Positions 56,811 to 64,000 of a stretch of 64,000 nt of DNA are shown in pieces. The stretch covers positions 338,706,001 through 338,770,000 of the forward strand of contig OZ024741.1 of assembly GCA_964016885.1 (NCBI GenBank), in the 5' to 3' direction. Within the stretch, counting starts at the first letter, position 1, and each line of letters opens with the position of its first letter. Under the pieces are notes generated by a model, which saw only the letters and a list, made by a program, of their open reading frames with translations, was not told where the DNA came from and ran no database searches. Position numbers and translations under genes: made by a program. Source of the DNA: Eledone cirrhosa (lineage: Eukaryota).

Positions 56811-56963
56811 AATAATAATAAAAAATAACAAACACAAAGATACAAAACAATTAATCATATTAGTTTCACACTTTGGATGAAAGAGAGGAAAAAAGTTTGA
56901 CGTATTGGATGTTAGTTCTTCATCAGGAGTACAAAATACAATGTGCGTATATATATTTATAAG

Positions 56964-59900
56964 TATTAGACAGGCCGACATATCTGTGAAGGTGTGAGGT
57001 TTACTGGTTAGAGTGTTAGACAGACTGTCATATCTGTGAAGGTGTGTGGTCTACTGGTTAGAGTGTTAGACAGACTGTCATATCTGTGAAGGTGTGTGGT
57101 CTACTGGTTAGAGTGTTGGACAGACTGTCATATCTGTGAAGGTGTGTGGTCTACTGGTTAGAGTGTTGGATAGACTGTCATATCTGTGAAGGTGTGTGGT
57201 CTACTGGCTAGAGTGTTAGACAGACTGTCATATCTGTGAAGGTGTGTGGTCTACTGGTTAGAGTGTTAGACAGACTGTCATATCTGTGAAGGTGTGTGGT
57301 CTACTGGTTAGAGTGTTGGACAGACTGTCATATCTGTGAAGGTGTGAGGTTTACTGGTTAGAGTGTTAGACAGACTGTCATATCTGTGAAGGTGTGTGGT
57401 CTACTGGCTAGAGTGTTAGACAGGCTGTCATATCTGTGAAGGTATGTGGTCTACTGGTTAGAGTGTTAGACAGACTGTCATATCTGTGAAGGTGTGTGGT
57501 CTACTGGTTAGAGTGTTAGACAAACTGTCATATCTGTGAAGGTGTGTGGTCAACTGGTTAGAGCGTGAGACAGACTGTCATATCTGTGGAGGTGTGAGGT
57601 TTACTGGTTAGAGTGTTAGACAGACTGTCATATCTGTGAAGGTGTGTGGTCTACTGGTTAGAGTGTTGGACAGACTGTCATATCTGTGAAGGTGTGTGGT
57701 CTAGTGGTTAGGGTGTTAGACAGACTATCATATCTGTGAAGGTGTGTGGTCTACTAGTTAGAGTGTTAGACAGACTGTCATATCTGTGAAGGTGTGAGGT
57801 CTAGTGGTTAGAGTGTTAGACAGACTGTCATATCTGTGAAGGTGTTTGGTCTACTGGCTAGAGTGTTAGACAGACTGTCATATCTGTGAAGGTGTGTGGT
57901 CTACTGGTTAGAACGTTAGACAGACTGTCATATCTGTGAAGGTGTGTGATCTACTGGTTAGAGTGTTGGACAGACTGTAATATCTGTGAAGGTGTGGGGT
58001 CTACTGGTTAGAGTGTTGGACAGACTGTCATATCTGTGAAGGTGTGTGGTCTACTGGTTAGAGTGTTGGACAGACTGTCATATCTGTGAAGGTGTGTGGT
58101 CTACTGGTTAGAGTGATAGACAGACTGTCATATCTGTGAAGGTGTGTGGTCTACTGGTTAGAGTGCTAGACAGACTGTCATATCTGTGAAGGTGTGTGGT
58201 CTACTGGTTAGAGTGTTAGACAGACTGTCATATGTGTGAAGGTGTGTGGTCTACTGGTTAGAGTGTTGGACAGACTGTCATATCTGTGAAGGTGTGTGGT
58301 CTACTGGTTAGAGTGCTAGACAGACTGTCATATCTGTGAAGGTGTGTGATCTACTGGTTAGAGTGTTAGACAAACTGTCATATCTGTGAAGGTGTGTGGT
58401 CTACTGGTTAGAGTGTTGGACAGACTGTCATATCTGTGAATATGTGTGGTCTACTGGTTAGAGTGTTGGACAGACTGTCATATCTGTGAAGGTGTGTGGT
58501 CTACTGGTTAGAGTGTTAGACAGACTGTCATATCTGTGAAGGTGTGTGGTCTACTGGTTAGAGTGTTGGACAGACTGTCATATCTGTGAAGGTGTGTGGT
58601 CTACTGGTTAGAGTGTTGGACAGACTGTCATATCTGTGAAGGTGTGTGATCTTGTGGTTAGAGTGTTAGACAAACTGTCATATCTGTGAAGGTGTGTGGT
58701 CTACTGATTAGAGTGTTAGACAGACTGTCATATCTGTGAAGGTGTGTGGTCTACTGGTTAGAGTGTTAGACAGACTGTCATATCTGTGAAGGTGTGTGGT
58801 CTACTGGTTAGAGTGTTAGACAGACTGTCATATCTGTGAAGGTGTGTGGTCTACTGGTTAGAGTGTTGGACAGACTGTCATATTTGTGAAGGTGTGTGGT
58901 CTACTGGTTAGAGTGTTAGACAGACTGTCATATCTGTGAAGGTGTGTGGTCTACTGGTTAGAGTGTTAGACAGACTGTCATATCTGTGAAGGTGTGTGGT
59001 CTACTGGTTAGAGTGTTAGACAGACTGTCATATCTGTGAAGGTGTGTGGTCTACTGGTTAGAGTGTGAGACAGACTGTCATATCTGTGAAGGTGTGTGGT
59101 CTACTGGTTAGTGTGTTAGACAGACTGTCATATCTGTGAAGGTGTGTGGTCTACTGGCTAGAGTGTTGGACAGACTGTCATATCTGTGAAGGTGTGTGAT
59201 CTTGTGGTTAGAGTGTTAGACAAACTGTCATATCTGTGAAGGTGTGTGCTCTACTGATTAGAGTGTTAGACAGACTGTCATATCTGTGAAGGTGTGTGGT
59301 CTACTGGTTAGAGTGTTAGACAGACTGTCATATCTGTGAAGGTGTGTGGTCTACTGGTTAGAGTGTTAGACAGACTGTCATATCTGTGAAGGTGTGTGGT
59401 CTACTGGTTAGAGTGTTGGACAGACTGTCATATTTGTGAAGGTGTGTGGTCTACTGGTTAGAGTGTTAGACAGACTGTCATATCTGTGAAGGTGTGTGGT
59501 CTACTGGTTAGAGTGTTAGACAGACTGTCATATCTGTGAAGGTGTGTGGTCTACTGGTTAGAGTGTTAGACAGACTGTCATATCTGTGAAGGTGTGTGGT
59601 CTACTGGTTAGAGTGTGAGACAGACTGTCATATCTGTGAAGGTGTGTGGTCTACTGGTTAGTGTGTTAGACAGACTGTCATATCTGTGAAGGTGTGTGGT
59701 CTACTGGCTAGAGTGTTGGACAGACTGTCATATCTGTGAAGGTGTGTGATCTAGTGGTTAGAGTGTTAGACAAACTGTCATATCTGTGAAGGTGTGTGTT
59801 CTACTGGTTAGAGTGTTGGACAGACTGTCATATCTGTGAAGGTGTGTGGTCTACTGGTTAGAGTGTTGGACAGACTGTAATATCTGTGAAGGTGTGTGGT

Positions 59901-62900
59901 CTACTGGTTAGAGTGTTGGACAGACTGTCATATCTGTGAAGGTGTGCGGTCTACTGGCTAGAGTGTTGGACAGACTGTCATATCTGTGAAGATGTGTGAT
60001 CTAGTGGTTAGAGTGTTAGACAAACTGTCATATCTGTGAAGGTGTGTGGTCTACTGGTTAGAGTGTTGGACTGAGTGTCATATCTGTGATGGTGTGTGAT
60101 CTAGTGGTTAGAGTGTTAGACAAACTGTCATATCTGTGAAGGTGTGTGGTCTACTGGTTAGAGTGTTGGACAGACTGTCATATTTGTGAAGGTGTGTGGT
60201 CTAGTGGTTAGAGTGTTAGACAGACTGTCATATCTGTGAAGGTGTGTGGTCTACTGGTTCGAGTGTTAGACAGACTGTCATATCTGTGAAGGTGTGTGGT
60301 CCACTGGTTAGAGTGTTAGACAGACTGTCATATCTGTGAAGGTGTGTGGTCTACTGGTTAGAGTGTTAGACAGACTGTCATATCTGTGAAGGTGTGTGGT
60401 CTACTGGTTAGAGTGTTAGACAGACTGTCATATCTGTGAAGGTGTGTGGTCTACTGGTTAGAACGTTAGACAGACTGTCATATCTGTGAAGGTGTGTGAT
60501 CTACTGGTTAGAGTGTTGGACAGACTGTAATATCTGTGAAGGTGTGGGGTCTACTGGTTAGAGTGTTGGACAGACTGTCATATCTGTGAAGGTGTGTGGT
60601 CTACTGGTTAGAGTGTTGGACAGACTGTCATATCTGTGAAGGAGTGTGGTCTACTGGTTAGAGTGATAGACAGACTGTCATATCTGTGAAGGTGTGTGGT
60701 CTACTGGTTAGAGTGCTAGACAGACTGTCATATCTGTGAAGGTGTGTGGTCTACTGGTTAGAGTGTTAGACAGACTGTCATATGTGTGAAGGTGTGTGGT
60801 CTACTGGTTAGAGTGTTAGACAGACTGTCATATCTGTGAAGGTGTGTGGTCTACTGGTTAGAGTGCTAGACAGACTGTCATATCTGTGAAGGTGTGTGAT
60901 CTACTGGTTAGAGTGTTAGACAAACTGTCATATCTGTGAAGGTGTGTGGTCTACTGGTTAGAGTGTTAGACAGACTGTCATATCTGTGAAGGTGTGTGAT
61001 CTACTGGTTCGAGTGTTAGACAGACTGTCATATCTGTGAAGGTGTGTGGTCCACTGGTTAGAGTGTTAGACAGACTGTCATATCTGTGAAGGTGTGTGGT
61101 CTACTGGTTAGAGTGTTAGACAGACTGTCATATCTGTGAAGGTGTGTGGTCTACTGGTTAGAGTGTTAGACAGACTGTCATATCTGTGAAGGTGTGTGGT
61201 CTACTGGTTAGAACGTTAGACAGACTGTCATATCTGTGAAGGTGTGTGATCTACTGGTTAGAGTGTTGGACAGACTGTAATATCTGTGAAGGTGTGGGGT
61301 CTACTGGTTAGAGTGTTGGACAGACTGTCATATCTGTGAAGGTGTGTGGTCTACTGGTTAGAGTGTTGGACAGACTGTCATATCTGTGAAGGTGTGTGGT
61401 CTACTGGTTAGAGTGATAGACAGACTGTCATATCTGTGAAGGTGTGTGGTCTACTGGTTAGAGTGCTAGACAGACTGTCATATCTGTGAAGGTGTGTGGT
61501 CTACTGGTTAGAGTGTTAGACAGACTGTCATATGTGTGAAGGTGTGTGGTCTACTGGTTAGAGTGTTGGACAGACTGTCATATCTGTGAAGGTGTGTGGT
61601 CTACTGGTTAGAGTGCTAGACAGACTGTCATATCTGTGAAGGTGTGTGATCTACTGGTTAGAGTGTTAGTCAAACTGTCATATCTGTGAAGGTGTGTGGT
61701 CTACTGGTTAGAGTGTTGGACAGACTGTCATATCTGTGAATATGTGTGGTCTACTGGTTAGAGTGTTGGACAGACTGTCATATCTGTGAAGGTGTGTGGT
61801 CTACTGGTTAGAGTGTTAGACAGACTGTCATATCTGTGAAGGTGTGTGGTCTACTGGTTAGAGTGTTGGACAGACTGTCATATCTGTGAAGGTGTGTGGT
61901 CTACTGGTTAGAGTGTTGGACAGACTGTCATATCTGTGAAGGTGTGTGATCTTGTGGTTAGAGTGTTAGAAAAACTGTCATATCTGTGAAGGTGTGTGGT
62001 CTACTGATTAGAGTGTTAGACAGACTGTCATATCTGTGAAGGTGTGTGGTCTACTGGTTAGAGTGTTAGACAGACTGTCATATCTGTGAAGGTGTGTGGT
62101 CTACTGGTTAGAGTGTTAGACAGACTGTCATATCTGTGAAGGTGTGTGGTCTACTGGTTAGAGTGTTGGACAGACTGTCATATTTGTGAAGGTGTGTGGT
62201 CTACTGGTTAGAGTGTTAGACAGACTGTCATATCTGTGAAGGTGTGTGGTCTACTGGTTAGAGTGTTAGACAGACTGTCATATCTGTGAAGGTGTGTGGT
62301 CTACTGGTTAGTGTGTTAGACAGACTGTCATATCTGTGAAGGTGTGTGGTCTACTGGCTAGAGTGTTGGACAGACTGTCATATCTGTGAAGGTGTGTGAT
62401 CTAGTGGTTAGAGTGTTAGACAAACTGTCATATCTGTGAAGGTGTGTGTTCTACTGGTTAGAGTGTTGGACAGACTGTCATATCTGTGAAGGTGTGTGGT
62501 CTACTGGTTAGAGTGTTAGACAGACTGTCATATCTGTGAAGGTGTTTGGTCTACTGGTTAGAGTGTTGGACAGACTGTCATATCTGTGAAGGTGTGTGGT
62601 CTACTGGTTAGAGTGTTGGACAGACTGTAATATCTGTGAAGGTGTGTGGTCTACTGGTTAGAGTGTTGGACAGACTGTCATATCTGTGAAGGTGTGCGGT
62701 CTACTGGCTAGAGTGTTGGACAGACTGTCATATCGGTGAAGGTGTGTGATCTAGTGGTTAGAGTGTTAGACAAACTGTCATATCTGTGAAGGTGTGTGGT
62801 CTACTGGTTAGAGTGTTGGACTGAGTGTCATATCTGTGATGGTGTGTGATCTAGTGGTTAGAGTGTTAGACAAACTGTCATATCTGTGAAGGTGTGTGGT

Positions 62901-64000
62901 CTACCGGTTAGAGTGTTGGACAGACTGTCATATTTGTGAAGGTGTGTGGTCTAGTGGTTAGAGTGTTAGACAGACTGTCATATTTGTGAAGGTGTGTGGT
63001 CTACTGGTTAGAGTGTTAGACAGACTGTCATATCTGTGAAGGTGTGTGGTCTACTGGTTCGAGTGTTAGACAGACTGTCATATCTGTGAAGGTGTGTGGT
63101 CCACTGGTTAGAGTGTTAGACAGACTGTCATATCTGTGAAGGTGTGTGGTCTACTGGTTAGAGTGTTAGACAGACTGTCATATCTGTGAAGGTGTGTGGT
63201 CTACTGGTTAGAGTGTTAGACAGACTGTCATATCTGTGAAGGTGTGTGGTCTACTGGTTAGAGTGTTAGACAGACTGTCATATCTGTGAAGGTGTTTGGT
63301 CTACTGGTTAGAGTGTTGGACAGACTGTCATATCTGTGAAGGTGTGTGATCTAGTGGTTAGAGTGTTAGACAGACTGTCCTATCTGTGAAGGTGTGCGGT
63401 CTACTGGCTAGAGTGTTGGACAGACTGTCATATCTGTGAAGGTGTGTGATCTAGTGGTTAGAGTGTTAGACAAACTGTCATATCTGTGAAGGTGTGTGGT
63501 CTACTGGTTAGAGTGTTGGACAGACTGTCATATCTGTGATGGTGTGTGATCTAATGGTTAGAGTTTTAGACAGACTGTCATATCTGTGAAGGTGTGTGGT
63601 CTACTGGCTAGAGTGTTAGACAGACTGTCATATCTATGAAGGTGTGTGGTCTATTGGTTAGAGTGTTAGACAGACTGTCATATCTGTGAAGGTGTGTGGT
63701 CTACTGGTTAGAGTCTTAGACATACTGTCATATCTGTGAAGGTGTGTGGTCTACTGGCTAGAGTGTTGGACAGACTGTCATATCTGTGAAGGTGGATGGT
63801 CTACTGGTTAGAGTGTTGGACTGACCATCATATCTGTGAAGGTGTGTAGTCTAGTGGTTAGAGTGTTAGACAGACTGTCATATCTGTGAAGGTGTGTGGT
63901 CTACTGGCTAGAGTGTTTGACAGACTGTCATATCTGTGAAGGTGTGTGGTCTAGTGGTTAGAGTGTTAGACAGACTGTCATATTTGTGAAGGTGTGTGGT
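56964..64000. repeat. 50-bp satellite (~140 units, continues past window end)
   Basis: tatctgtgaaggtgtgtggtctactggttagagtgttagacagactgtca; register stays constant throughout. Confidence 0.98.

Noticed and set aside
56850-56940. Possible minus-strand hammerhead (CTGATGA...GAAAC)
   Set aside because: No convincing stem II or stem I pairing; at best a decayed relic
56964-64000. CRISPR-like or tRNA-gene array
   Set aside because: No unique spacers, no cas genes, eukaryotic context; no B-box/T-arm or cloverleaf

Overview
AT-rich, repeat-dominated eukaryotic DNA. The SINE and RTE families, the large microsatellites and a C2H2 gene suggest an animal, probably an octopus/cephalopod (inference, not verified). 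Only one host coding exon is convincing: a six-finger C2H2 zinc-finger ORF at ~38.2-38.9 kb. The region 6.3-25.4 kb is a series of degenerate (TA)n arrays that appear to share a hidden ~1.2 kb higher-order unit. These arrays hold three young, near-identical, differently 5'-truncated CR1-group LINE copies (APE + RT; ORF1 with CCCH fingers), a Penelope-like element (GIY-YIG) with inverted hammerhead-ribozyme repeats, and two more small inserts with hammerhead motifs. Elsewhere there are decayed CRE-like and RTE-like LINEs, a DD37D (maT) transposon, nested hAT MITEs, many tRNA-derived SINEs, several minisatellites and a perfect 54-bp palindrome. The window ends in >7 kb of a 50-bp satellite that looks like a tandemized SINE/tRNA head. 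All coordinates were read by eye; boundaries of decayed elements are approximate.
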